A DNA stretch of 64,000 nt from Setoptus koraiensis (GCA_048013815.1 CM106585.1:1922001-1986000), one strand, 5' to 3'. Positions 25,676-38,759 are shown, counted from the stretch's first letter. Program-made: numbers and translations. The notes: generated by a model from the letters alone, not told the origin.

Positions 25676-25837
25676 CATTTTACAATTCATGTGTCGCCTT
25701 ATCTCTCTAAATTTGCTCACCACCTTTCATGTTTAGCCTTAATATCATGGTCGATTTTGTCATTGCACATAATGAAGCAGAGAATGTGGTAGATATCGAA
25801 CGCGTGTACTTGCAATGCTTAGATGCATTAAATTAAA

Positions 25838-25843
25838 TTTATT
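25838..25843 (-). terminator. Candidate polyadenylation signal of RPS5
   Basis: Minus-strand AATAAA about 40 nt after the RPS5 stop. Confidence 0.6.
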
Positions 25844-25882
25844 CTTGCCTGTATTTTTCAAAAGGTTACTACAATTAGATTC

Positions 25883-26518
25883 TTAACGGTTAGATTTGGC
25901 CACACGCTCAAGTTCATCCTTTTTCTTGATGGCATAACTGTTAGAGCTACCCTTGGAGGCATTGATAAGCTCGTCAGCTAAGCACTCAGCGATGGTCTTG
26001 ATGTTTCTGAAGGCGGATTCACGAGCACCAGTACATAGTAGCCAGATAGCTTGATTGACGCGACGCAATGGCGACACATCAACAGCTTGACGACGAACAG
26101 TACCGGCACGACCAATACGAGTGGAATCCTCGCGAGGTCCACTGTTAATAATGGCTTGCACAAGCACTTGTAATGGATTTTCGCCAGTCATCAAATGGAT
26201 AATTTCAAAAGCGTGTCTAACTATCCTGACGGCCATCAATTTTTTACCATTGTTTCGACCGTGCATCATCATTGAGTTAGTGAGACGTTCAACAATGGGA
26301 CATTGTGCTTTCTTGAAACGTTTCGATGCAAAACGTTGAGCTGAATGAGGCAAATAACGTGCATATTTCTCCTTGACAGATATGTAATCCTGAAGGGACA
26401 TGTCGTTGACGGACACGTCACTACAAGACCATCTACCGAATAATTTTGTTTCGGGCTGTGATTCGTGTATGTAGGCGGCTGATTGGGACACCGAGTTTAC
26501 ATTTTGCCAGTCGTCCAT
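25883..26518 (-). CDS. RPS5: 40S ribosomal protein S5 (uS7), 211 aa, CDS without introns
   Basis: Recognisable eukaryotic uS7 sequence: [23 protein letters not shown]...[35 protein letters not shown]...[14 protein letters not shown]. Confidence 0.99.
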   Translation of the reverse strand: MDDWQNVNSVSQSAAYIHESQPETKLFGRWSCSDVSVNDMSLQDYISVKEKYARYLPHSAQRFASKRFKKAQCPIVERLTNSMMMHGRNNGKKLMAVRIVRHAFEIIHLMTGENPLQVLVQAIINSGPREDSTRIGRAGTVRRQAVDVSPLRRVNQAIWLLCTGARESAFRNIKTIAECLADELINASKGSSNSYAIKKKDELERVAKSNR

Positions 26519-26550
26519 CTTTCTATCGTTGCTGTTGTATCTATCCTTTC

Positions 26551-26836
26551 CTGTGTTAATTGATTGATCGGTTATTAGTGTGGCCGCAAGTTAGTCTGTT
26601 AATATTATCTAATAAAATATGTATTATTAATTATTAGGTTGATAATTTATAATAATGCAGTAATTATGTCAGACCATTTGGTGGTAGCCGAGACTGATGG
26701 TAAACGTATACGGCGATTCTGTGAGACTTATGGGAACGCATGAATGCACGCTTCTTCTCATGCTCACTATTCACTTCAGGAAGCTGCCACCGCGCATGCT
26801 CACACCATTCACCGGCTGGCGCTAATTTTAAAGAGC
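26551..26836 (-). promoter_or_regulatory. RPS5 putative TCT-type start site (about 26834), short non-coding exon 1 and 5'-UTR intron 26803..26551
   Basis: On the minus strand, CTCTTTT (TCT/TOP-like, typical of ribosomal-protein genes) is followed about 30 nt later by donor GTGAGC. Acceptor TTAACACAG| lies 32 nt before the ATG. Confidence 0.55.
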
Positions 26837-27087
26837 CCACGCGAGATTTTTTTCTTGTTTTTTTTCGTTCGTTGCTCTAGTAGGGAGCGAATGTGTGGCG
26901 AAAAATCACATGTGCTGCCCATATTGTTCATGGCCCCTCCTAAACGCACTCCGGATAAATAATTATCATCTCTACTCTCTTATTATCGCCACTATTGTTA
27001 TTGTCAAAAACAATCAAATTACATTTCACTGTCAACCTCTTGTAACCTGTGCAACGGGACCAATCAATCAAATCAATATCAAGCGCC

Positions 27088-27273
27088 ATGGGCAAGGAAA
27101 CGGAAAATAAATCCATACTGGCCATATTCAGAATCAGATTTGGTGGCCTCATACGGATATTTGGTCGAATGGTACATTGGGGCTATGTGCCTCTCATTCT
27201 CTATTTGGGAATCAATCATGGACAGACAGATGTAAATATGCCCGAGCTAACTTGGAGCAGCCTTGTGAAATAA
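27088..27273 (+). CDS. TOMM7: Mitochondrial import receptor subunit Tom7, 61 aa, intronless
   Basis: MGKETENK...HWGYVPLILYLG..GQTD..MPELTWSSL matches the Tom7 signature (WG-F/Y-I/V-P-L-x-x-YLG...G.D..MPE). ATG in GCCATGG context. AATAAA at 27269 and 27277. Confidence 0.9.
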   Translation: MGKETENKSILAIFRIRFGGLIRIFGRMVHWGYVPLILYLGINHGQTDVNMPELTWSSLVK

Positions 27274-29215
27274 ACAAATAAATAGAAAAATAGATGGCTC
27301 AAATGTGTAGTAGCTGGTTAGTGGTATTTATTAGACATCACTCACATTCTTATTTCTACTATTATATATATATGTGCTGGGCGAGCTCAAATGGCCAAAC
27401 GCACGATTGTGGCATGGAATTAACAGCCAGCAGTTAGGGGAATCAGTGGTGATCTTATGATCAAAAAGGAACACAAGTCTCTTGATTGGATATTGATTGC
27501 ACATGCGGCCACAAACAATAAATTTACCTGTGTTTCTCTCAACTCTCTTTAATATTAAGATTGCTCGCTTTTGCACTGTCTCTCTATTAGAGAGTCTGTA
27601 ACCATCTGAATTGTATGTTTGTGTGAGCGTGTATCATCCATAGGCATCGTCATAAGCCAACTTGTTGTTGGCTTGTGCTCAATCAAAGCATTAAGATTGA
27701 TCATTATGTTGTTACATTGGGTTGCGAAAACAAACAACATAACAATGGTAAGTAATTGTATCATCTATCCAAGGCTTGAATCAGGTCATCATCATGATCA
27801 ACATGATCGCCGCTTTCAGATCAGCTGGATATCGCCCATCATTGCCGGGCATTGATTGGCGCGGCACGAGACCTATTATCAAATGGTTATAATAGCCTCT
27901 TCTTTGCTTTCTTTCTTCATCTGCCAATTCTTGCACTTGTTGTGGCTTGCGTTGTGCCATTTCAATTCATTGCATTTCGTTTCATCGCGTTTCGATTAGT
28001 TTAGTTTCGCTCTATTTGTAATTGGCTTTTACCTTTTGTTTAAGCTCGTAATCAATGATATCCCAGCTACTGGCATCGATATTGGGCTAGGATTATCACT
28101 ATCACGTTCATCATGGTTGGCAGTTAGCTGGTGGTGATTGTAATAGTGGCCACTTTGTTTTCTCCACCTCCTCCGCATCTATCTGTTGTGTGTTGCGAGA
28201 ATGAGTGTCTGCGGCCACAACACTGTCTTGCCATCGGTGTTGGCGCTTGCTATTGGTGGTGCTATTATCATCATCGTGATTGACGTTATTGGTTAATTGT
28301 TGTTGTGTTTGTTGTTGTTGTTGTTGACCCTATAAACAACGGACCAACAACAACTGTTTTCGGCATACACACACACACGGTTGTTGTAAGTCCCTCTAGC
28401 TAAATCAAGAATCAACAAGCATCGAGCGAAAAGAAAGCGAGCCGACCAAAAACAACTGCTCCTCGCCACCATTGGTAATACTTACGCCAGCACCCGATAT
28501 AATAACGATAACGATGATAGTTGTTATATCACACAATCACAGTCACAAACATCAGCATTGAGAGCGACAACAATAATAATGTGAGTGTGATGCAGCGATT
28601 GGTTTGCAGTTTTCAAGCAATTAATTGCGTCTCTTGGTCGTTGTCTGTTTATTTTCACTCTATTTGCGCCAATTTGCTGCCCTAACGCGATCTACCTGCA
28701 TCTGGACACAATGCGCAAATCTGATGAAGGACAAAGTTAAAGTAAAGTAAAAAATTGCGGGTTCACCTTGTGCTAATCACACACACAGTCAACTGACATA
28801 CGATCTCTGGATTGTTTTGTCCAACTGTATATTGACCCCTGTTGGATTGCAGCAGCCCCAGGTTGACAGTGCGAGCGACCAATCATGTGTTAGATGGACG
28901 CATTATACATCGCTATTGTCAGTGTTCACTAACAGTAATTATCATTATCGTGCCCATCATCTCTGACCTCTACCATTACCGATGCTCCCGCTGCTCATTG
29001 ATACAATTGATCCAGTAACGGTAACAGCAGCTACGACTTTGCATCGGTCACTCGGCGGCTCGCAAGCAGCCGCAACGGATAAATGTGTCGTCTGTTATGG
29101 ATAAATGACGGTGTCGGATAGTGCAGAAGCGCAGAGCGGAAAGGCAGCGCTAATCATCAATGAATTATATTAGAATTCATTGCTCACAGTTAATTCCGTC
29201 TAATGATACCTTGTC

Positions 29216-29276
29216 CTGTGATCCCGTGATTCTGTGATCCCGTGATTCTGTGATCCCGTGATTCTGTGATCCCGTG
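29216..29276. repeat. Tandem repeat (CTGTGATCCCGTGATT) x about 3.8
   Basis: 16-nt unit read directly. Confidence 0.9.
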
Positions 29277-31752
29277 TCGTCTAATGTCGTACAGCGCGAG
29301 CTACAGTGGCGCTCCGTTGGCATCACCGTCCCAGACTCCGGGACCCAGACGCCCGAAACGGCGCTCCGAAACGGCGCTCCGAAACAGCGAAGCGGACACC
29401 CGAAGCGGAGACAGATCGCATGTATCAGTGTCAGGTCGTTGAGTCTCGAGTGATCGTGTGATAGCATCGCATGCGCCTCATTAGGACGTGATTTTGAGTT
29501 GCTGGGTGCATTAGAAGACTAATCACCTTTTGCTTTGTGCCCGCTGGCTGCACCGTGAATCTTGTGAGTGTAAGATCATTGTTCATTCACATTCACATCC
29601 ACATCCACACACTATGCACTTCAAATCTGCACTTTTGTCTGGCGTGTTTACTGTTACTCGTTATTCATTCATAAAATCATCGCCATTATTATTATTATTG
29701 ACAAAATGAATTGGCCATCGCTGGCATGAGACAATCCCACTTCCTCTAGCTCAGATGCGGCCGCTTATCTGTTGTTGCTGGCTGGTTGGCTGGCTGGTTG
29801 GTCAGTCGGTTGGTCAGTTCACTAACGTCGCCAACTAATGACTTTAATCAACGCCGGAGACGACCCACCGAGCAGAAGTGGCCTTCTGCTTTGTGCCCAT
29901 TCATCCAGCATCTCGAGTCAATTAATTGATGCCACTTCTGGTGCAGCCACACAATAGGCTGTTGAGCCGAGTGGACAAAACTGGACACTGGTCACTGGTC
30001 ACTGGCGCAGCAGAGCAACAAAAACAGCCAGAGAGAAATCAGCACCATTAATTTTGGTGCTCATCACAACCACGCAAACAACTATGATTTACTCGTCCCA
30101 CTCCGATGTTACCGCTGGCGTGTCGCTACGACCATGTAGTAGCCAAATGGATGCAAATTTATGACGGCGCGATGTTTATGCGTGTAATTAAAGGTGTACA
30201 GCTATAGGTACCAACATGGCAAAACCAAAAACTAAAAACTTCTTTGCTTTGGCAGACAAGTTTTAGTTTTTAGTAGCTCGCTCAGGTGACCGGTTGGCCT
30301 GGTTTGGCCCAATTGGCGCGTACGTGCTTCGTGTGCATTTGCATTTGCATTAGTCGTCCATTCGCGCACTACCCATTTCTCGTCTCGTCTCGTCTCGTCT
30401 CGTTTCGTCTGGGACTTGTGTGCAATTGTTGTTTTGTCTGCCCGATATAGACAAGACGCTATGTCGCGGCTGACCACTGGTCAGCCGCTAGCCAAAGCGA
30501 TTTGCGCCGCGTGCAACCGCGTGATCTAGTTTTCTTGCGTGCCTGACGCGAGTTAGCCTATTTTTGGTTGTTGCTGTTCGCAATTGTTGTTGTTGTTGTT
30601 GTTGCTGTTGTTGTCATGATGAACCAGATTATCACTACTGCTACTATTATTATCATTATTGTCTCTCGCTCCCTTGGACGGCCTTGCACTATCTGCTGAT
30701 GTCTTTGTCTTTCGATTTGATTTCGATTTGGCCCACAAGACGAGCGAAAGAACAACAAGAAGAAGCCAATTCAATCATCTCAACGGCTGACACTAATAGA
30801 TACTGTTCGAACGCGATCACCTGTGGAGTGTGTTCACTCACATGGTCAAATGTACGGTGTGCCTATAGTTGCCGGGTTGCCACCAGTTGAATCAACTCAA
30901 ATAATAGCCTACTACCGCTACTGGCGCTGCTACTATCGCCACTACCGGTAAATAAATGGATAAATGGACACTCCCATTGCTTTTAGTAAATCATCGTCAC
31001 AATGAACGGTCACAATGAACAGGACATAGTGTTGTTGATCTCATTAGAAGGACGCGCCAGTGGTGGCATCAATTAGAACGAGCAGCAGCCCCATATTATA
31101 AGCCGAGCAGCAGCCTATTTGGTATTGTTTAGTAGTTGTCGGCTGCCCCAAGAACAATACGCCGACGAGACAGTCGTCCGACTGATGAAAATCGCCTGAT
31201 AATCGGCTGACAGTCTCGGCCGATGGTCGGCCGATGGTCGGCCGATAGTCGGCCAATAGTCGGCCGACAATCGGCGCCCACTGATTGGCCGGCGTCGACA
31301 GAAAGAGGGCGCCACCGGCCGCTCACTTGCACCGGCTTCACAGTGGCACCGGTAGCGATCAAAGCCGGCAGCTGGCAGCAACCGATGACTTTGACGATGA
31401 AATTTAAATTCAAATCTCAACTCAAACATAAATTGCGATTCAAATTCAGATTCAAATTTAAATTAATCGAATTGACTTTTGGTGCGCCGAGATTGAGCCG
31501 CGGCGGTCATGTCGAGCAGCGGCCATCTCGGGCAGCGGCCATCTCGAGCAGTGATCAACTTGACCACTGGCCCGGCGATGATGGCGAGTAGAAACGTCAC
31601 TTTGCGGCCGTGGCAAAGCAATTCGGTAGCAATTCGGTAAAGTGACGACCAGTTTTATTATCAGAAGTCGGTCGTATTTTATATGCGCACCATGCGACGG
31701 CTTGATTGAGACGTTTTTATCTTTATCGGCGCTTGCTTTATGTCGCGCCTCT

Positions 31753-31830
31753 CAACAGTTGAGAGTCCCAACAGTTGAGAGTCCCAACAGTTGAGAGTCG
31801 CAACAGTTGAGAGTCTCAACAGTTGAGAGT
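31753..31830. repeat. Tandem repeat (CAACAGTTGAGAGTCN) x5
   Basis: 16-nt unit, contiguous with no spacers. Confidence 0.9.
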
Positions 31831-32285
31831 ATCATCGCAGTGAATGAGAGCGACAACCAAGGTAATTGGCAAACATTTGCATAGGATATATGAAGATGAG
31901 AGCGCGCGAACTACCAAGTGACACAGGCTTGCACCTCGGGTCGCAAGTCGAGCACACAAGTCAATCAGTGGCCGGTAATTAATATTTTTATATTTTTATC
32001 CGCCACCGTTCAGTGGCACGAAGGGCACTAGACGGGGATAAATAATAATACGCATAATAAAAGAACAAGGTTGATGGCTGATGGGAATCCAAGTGCCAGG
32101 GCGACAATAAATGGCCGCGCTCTGTCCGGCCGATCCGCGGTCTCCGCAATCTCTGGCGTGCAGTCACTTTGGGTTGCCATCGAGCCATGCTAATGAGCGA
32201 TAAGTGATAACTAATAATAGTTTCTCTCGGTAGTCATCATCATTAACTAACACGGTATATGTGTTACTGGTTGGTACTTTTATAG

Positions 32286-32401
32286 AAACTTTTAAGCCAG
32301 CCGGACGGCCTGTCAACCTGTGGCTCACATCGCATATCAGTAGCTCATATACAAAGTATTTCATCATAAAATTTATGTCACAAAATTCAATTATCGTCAA
32401 C
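32286..32401 (+). CDS. Isolated candidate internal exon of an unknown gene (ETFKPAGRPVNLWLTSH...SIIVN)
   Basis: Non-repetitive open frame bounded by TACTTTTATAG| and AAC|GTGAGT. No family recognised. Confidence 0.2.
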
Positions 32402-32694
32402 GTGAGTGAGTGGCGCACAAACGAGCCACGACACACAATCGTATGCAAATTTCTAATGGTCGTTGTGTGCATAGTGCCCTATATCTGGCTGGCTCAGTTG
32501 ATGAGTAATACACACTGACTAATACAGTTGAGCCCGGATTTATCTGCAGTACGTTTCTCACAGGTGACACATGCTCAATTCACACAGGTGAACTTACAGG
32601 TGAGCCAACAGCACACAATCACAATTAGCGAGTTTGTTTTTTGTCGATTAAAAGCGCCTTTTTTGTCCATTTGAAGCGCCTCTTTTGTCCATCT

Positions 32695-32739
32695 GTCCAT
32701 TTGAAATGGTTCATTTGAAATGAACCATTTCAAATGGAC
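32695..32739. repeat. Perfect inverted repeat, 22-bp arms, 1-nt spacer
   Basis: GTCCATTTGAAATGGTTCATTT-G-AAATGAACCATTTCAAATGGAC. Confidence 0.95.
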
Positions 32740-35700
32740 CATTTGTCGTTGTTAGACACTTGAACTGGCCATGTTATGTTGTGCCATGTTTTGTTGGCTG
32801 GCAGTTGGACAGTGTGCGGTGATCAAATGGCGCAAACAACAATCTATCAACAATCAAGTGGCTCCTATATGCTGCAACAACAACACCGGCAACCTGTCTC
32901 GCGAGAACCGAAGTGTGCCAGCAAACCAACACTGTGCCAACTAATGCTTGGCGTATGGCGTTGCTATAGGTGCTAATGCCGTCATGCTGAGATTGGCGAG
33001 CATCGTGTTTTGATTAACCTGTTATGTGATTTGTTGTTTGTTAGAACAGATCGGTGTGCGCGATGTGTGACGCGAATTTGAATTTGGCTGGCTGGAGCAT
33101 CAGGTTGTTTATTGCAACGACAGCAACAACAACAACAACAACAACAAGTCGATGTAACCCACGGCGCTAACAGCTAGAGTGAGAATGTTGTTTATGGTCG
33201 TCGTGCAACTGCAAAAACTGTTGCATCACCACCGACAACAACAACAACAGCAGCAGCAGCAACAACAGCAACAACGACAACCTGTCCACGACGACACCAC
33301 CTAAATTACTCTCCATGTCTCACTCACCTGTTGCGACGTATGTGTGTGACAAGATTGATAGTGTTACATGATTGCAGCTTGTTTTGCAGCCACTGTCAGT
33401 GTGGCTGAGCTGTCAGTATGCTGGCTGTCACAGGATGACAACCAGCATAACTAACTTGTCATGCTCAACACACTCGCATGAGAGTTATTGTTTGTGTCGC
33501 GAGGTGTCAGTTCGAGTATTTTTTCCCAGTGCTGCTTTAGTTTACAAGCTTTATTCACTATGTTGAGATTCACCATGTTGAGATTCACCATGTCGAGATT
33601 CACCCATGTCGAGATTCACCCATGAATAAAGTTGCCGGTCATAGATCATGGTGCATCGGTTTGGATTAGCTGTGATTACGCAATGCGATCGTCGTCATAA
33701 TCATTGTCAAGACCCACGAGCACAACCACAAACAGTGTCCAGTGGCCAGCGCCAAGATGATAAAAGTAACTGCAATCTAACGCTTATTCAATTTCCATCT
33801 TTACAATTCACTTGTAATACCTGTGTGTTCACCTGTAAATCTCTGTAGCATCGTTGGCTGCACGATAATCGGACGACGGGCGACGGACGACGGGCAGCTT
33901 ACGAGGCCACAGAGATGGCTGCCACTGGCCACTGGCGCCATTTATACGGCGAGTTTGTTGTTGTTCGAGTTAGTTGCGTCATAACAACTAACTTGACTTC
34001 AAAGCTACTTGTTGTTATGAAGAATCCATTGGACGTGTCAACAAAACACGACCAAGCGCACAGACGACAACAACAACAAATGGACAAATCGAAGCAAGCG
34101 CTTTTAGTCGTTCAATTGAATGTATAAATAAACAACAACTACTATTGCTAATGAACTATTGTTTCCAAAGTTTCGCTCTCTTTCTGCTCCATAAATGTTT
34201 TCTTCTTCAGTCAAGTGGTCGTTAATTGTGCGCCGCTTGTTGCTTGCTGCTTGCTGTTTGTGACTTGTGACCAACTATAATATATAACTGGCTAGCATGC
34301 CACTGACCAACAGCTGACGACCAGCCACCATTGACAGTTGGCACAGAGTGAGAGAGTGAGTTGAGACAAGTTACACAACGACAACAACAATACACAAATA
34401 GACAACTTATCTAATGACAATGAACAATGGGCCATCCGGTTGCGTAACGTTATCTCTCTTTATATCAATGCGAATGTAGAGTTTGCTTTATTGTTTTACT
34501 TCATGTCAATTGTCGAACGGGCACCTCTCCTGTGCGACAGGTCTTTTTGTGAGGCAACCAACAGCGACAGTAGCGACATTGCCAGCAACAACGACACTGG
34601 CAACACCAGCGACAACAGCCAAAGCAACCAAAGCAACGACAGCAACAGCAACAAGAGCTCGCAAAGAGCCAGCGAGAGTAATTTGCATATGGTGAGCAGT
34701 GAAAACAGTTAGAGCATGAGCAAATAATTAACTCTTTGTTGTCGTTGTTGTCGTTGCCGGCGAATTGCCCGGGCACCATGACTATATCGAATGATATGTT
34801 ATATAGGTTAACAAGCTAACCATCGCGAGCTGCAGCCGAGTGACGGACAAAATAATAATATCATAATAAAGATCATCAGTGGATAGCGAGTGTTGCCAAG
34901 ATGATATCTCAGTAGGCAGCTCAGATGGCAGCTAGATTACGACAGCAACAGGCGGCCAGCAATGGATTCACTAGATAGTATCTAGTAGTTTCAAACAATC
35001 ATTTGCACAGCGAGACGACTTGAATTATTGCACAACATTATGTTTAAAATGCAGTATATTATGACCAATTGTTACATACACAACAGTCACTCATAGCCGA
35101 GTGTGTGATACCCGATCTCTGGCTTGCCCTGGTCGCTGCTTTAATTTGCTTGTGTGTCTGGTTAGACTGTCTTAGTTGAACAGTAACAACAACAACAACA
35201 ACAACAACAACAATAAAGTCAGTTGCACGAAAGTGACAATTAACTCGCATAAGATCACAAATATAAATTATTATCATAAGTCGTCGTTTGTTGTTATTGT
35301 AACTGTTTGTTGGTTGATATAAAACAATTGATATGATGATATGAAAACAGACGACATAAAGTATGGTCAGCTGAGTGTGTTTATTGGGTTGTTGCAGCAA
35401 CGACAATCAGCAACCGACAGCGCCAACTGTGTCTGACAAAACTTGTGAGCCAATGACAAAACTCATTAGCTCACACACACACACGGATAATACGTTACGT
35501 CACTGGTTGTTGTTGTTGTTGTTGTTTTTTGCTCGTACATGTTGAGGTCAAAAGTCAATCATCAACCACACATACGCACAACAAACAGTTTGTTGGGCGC
35601 ACAGAGGAATTTTTATATAATTTTACTCGTTATTTACATTTGAATAAAATGATTTGATCCCGTAGGAATGGCGTGTTTTGGCTGTTGCAAGTAGCGCAAC

Positions 35701-38700
35701 CATCAGATAAGAGCATAGATTAAATAAACCAATACAGTTGACATTGGGCAGCTCACACGTTCATTGTCTTGGCATTGCCACTCACAATCAGCTGACTGCC
35801 GCTGTCAAACGATACCAACTGCCGTCTGACAACGATATCAACTGCTGTCAGACTGTATCAGCTGGCGTCACTTGACAGTTGATGGTTGCGAGTGTCCTCT
35901 CCAAAAGTCATCTCATCCGAAAGGGCGCCCCACTAGCAAACATACGAACAGTTTAAATATTTGTATATGCACATAATATAACAACATGAGCATAACTTGC
36001 CGCTAGCTTGGGTTGTTGTCACTGTTGCATCACTGTCATTATCGTTACCGTCATCGCCACCAGCTAACTACCAGCAACCATTAGTAGCGACATTACGTAA
36101 TAGCTTGTTGTTGTTGTTGCTGCAACAACAACAATGGTGCAACGCACATTCTTTGCGCTAGGTGAAGCATGAAACTAACAGACGCGGCCGACTCATGCAC
36201 AAACTTGTCACCTTTGCCATATTTGCAGTGTGACGCAACGAATCGCAGTTGTCATACTTTTGATACTTTTGTACTTGTGATGGTGGCCAGAAAGTGGACA
36301 AACAAACAAACAAACAAACAAGCAAGCAGATAGAGCCGCAGCACCTATAAAGTAAATGAGCATGATTGGCGCTCAGCATTGGAGCCAACCAGCGAGGGAT
36401 CACCTCACCTTTATAGGGTCTCTATTGGGCCCAAACAAACGAACGACAGTAATGACATTGTTTGCAATACAATGGTGATGTGATTTCGCTGTAATGCCGG
36501 TATAATGCTGATGTAAGGCTGATGTAATGCAGATATAATGCTGATACAATGCTGATATAGTTATGGAGCGCCGAAGTGGCGACAATTGATAAAGTCGAGT
36601 AAACTAAATGCTGCCATAAATGACTGGCGAAATATATACTGACTTGTCAGTATTACTGAGCACAGTGAGCACGATTACGGGGATATTCTCTAGTGTCAAA
36701 GTTGGATATATTGTAGATAATGTACGGCGTGCGATGAAGGGCAGAGCGGCGACGACGACGACGACACGAGAGGAAATGGCCGACAGATAATTTGCTAGGC
36801 CGTAAATTGAGTTTTAGCTGTTTGAAGTGGCCAGAGTGAAGTGACCAGAGTGAAGTGACCAGAGTGAAGTGACCAGAGCGAAGTGACCAGGCAAAAGCGT
36901 CGTCCAGCAGAGTCGTTAGTGCAGTTAGTTGATGTGGCACAGTTTTGCACAAAGACAATAAAGACTCTTATCTCACCACCAGGTGAACAAAGAGACTGCT
37001 ACATAATGGTTGTTTGGCAGCACTGATATAATCTAATGAAGATGGACACAGGATGTGAAGTGACACCATCCAATGGCCAGTTGCTACAGTTTTGATAATG
37101 GCATAATGAGCCAAGGTTGGTCAGCCGGCCACTGGACAAACTGATCAACTTGCGACGACCTGCATCATCTCACCTGTCTCATGTCGCTGCAACATAATGC
37201 ATGCATATGCGTAATATGCGTAATAGGCGCAATAGGCGCAATAGGCGCAATAGGCAACAATATGCAACGAGTCTCCAGAGCGAAGCAGATAAAATGAAAA
37301 TAATCATATGATTATGTTTCAGCGGGCGACGACACCAGCACACTCTTACATGCATATGCCTACTATATGCCTATCACCGTATACACAGATAATCATCATG
37401 GGAACGGACAACATGATGAATGATGATGCAACTCACACAACAGCAACAACGACAGCAACAGCAGCAACAACAACAACGACAACAACGACAGCGACAACAG
37501 CAGCAACAACAACAACGACAACAACGACAGCGACAACAAGTGGCTACCATTAGCCATTTCATATTGACCAATGAGATATGACGCTGGTGCTGGTGCTGCT
37601 GCCGCTGTGACAGCGCAACGTTTTGTTGTTGCTCCTGTCACACACAGCTGATGCCAAACAACAGCTGATGAAGCCTGTTGTGTCAGATGTCAGTTAGCGG
37701 TGGTCAGTTGATACAAGTTGGTCAGGTGTTACTGTTGTTGTTGCTGCTGCTGCTGCTGCCGCTGCTCATGTTGTTGTTGCTCATGTTGCTGCTGGCGCAA
37801 TAGTTGCAGTGGTGCCAGTGGCCAATATAATTCACTGCTACACTGTTAATGGGTGCGCAAGCAACAAGTGGCCGAATATCGTCATGATGCGTTGCGATAT
37901 GAACATGAGACTGAGATTTTGCGCTCACAATTGTCAGCGCAAAATCTCAATGCAAAATCTGGGCGCAAAATCTCACAACAGCGCAACATTTCACTGTGAG
38001 CATCATCACGCAACAAGTGCAGGCACAATAATTAACATTGGCCAGCAAATTTGAGGCAAATTTCAGCCACCACCATGTCACAAATAGTAAATAGTAGGCC
38101 CGGTTTCCTGTTTGCCAACCGGCCGCCTGCCAGTCACAGCGCGCATAAAACGCGACCATAACTATTGTCTGGCGCACTAATTAACTAATGGACTAGTGCT
38201 GTCGCCATTGGCGCTGTCAGTGTGTCGCTCACCTGTCTCATACAGGCTGTATCATACAGGCTGTCTCATACAGGCTGTATCATACAGGTGAGCGTATGTC
38301 GTGGACGGCAACAAACAGCACGCTTGACGCGCTCCCAGATATTTCACCTGTGTTTGTGTGTGTTGATATTAGCTGACCATTGAGTTGACCATTTGTTGGC
38401 CATTATTTCACCTGATACGACGGACATAACTCGTTGCTTATGCGCCTGCCTGTTCCATTTATAGGCCCACGACAAGACCATTTGCGCGTATATTTATACT
38501 TGTATTTATGTTTGCATAGTTGCGTAACCAACAGCCAGCCAGACAGACATTCTTTACGCTAGACGAAGCATGAAAGTGGCAGCCATTGTTTGTGTGTCTC
38601 GCCATACGGACGCGAACAATGGCTGCCAGTGTGATGCTGGCAACAGGTAAAAGTAGCGTCTGCTTGTCACCGACAAAAACAAACATCCATCTATCTGTTT

Positions 38701-38759
38701 TAAGAGACACTTAAGTCAGTGCTAATTGCCAGAGATCTTTTGGCACAGTTTACACACAG

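Noticed and set aside
31753-31830. CRISPR-like repeat with a palindromic core
   Set aside because: Contiguous 16-nt units without unique spacers, no cas genes, and a eukaryotic context.
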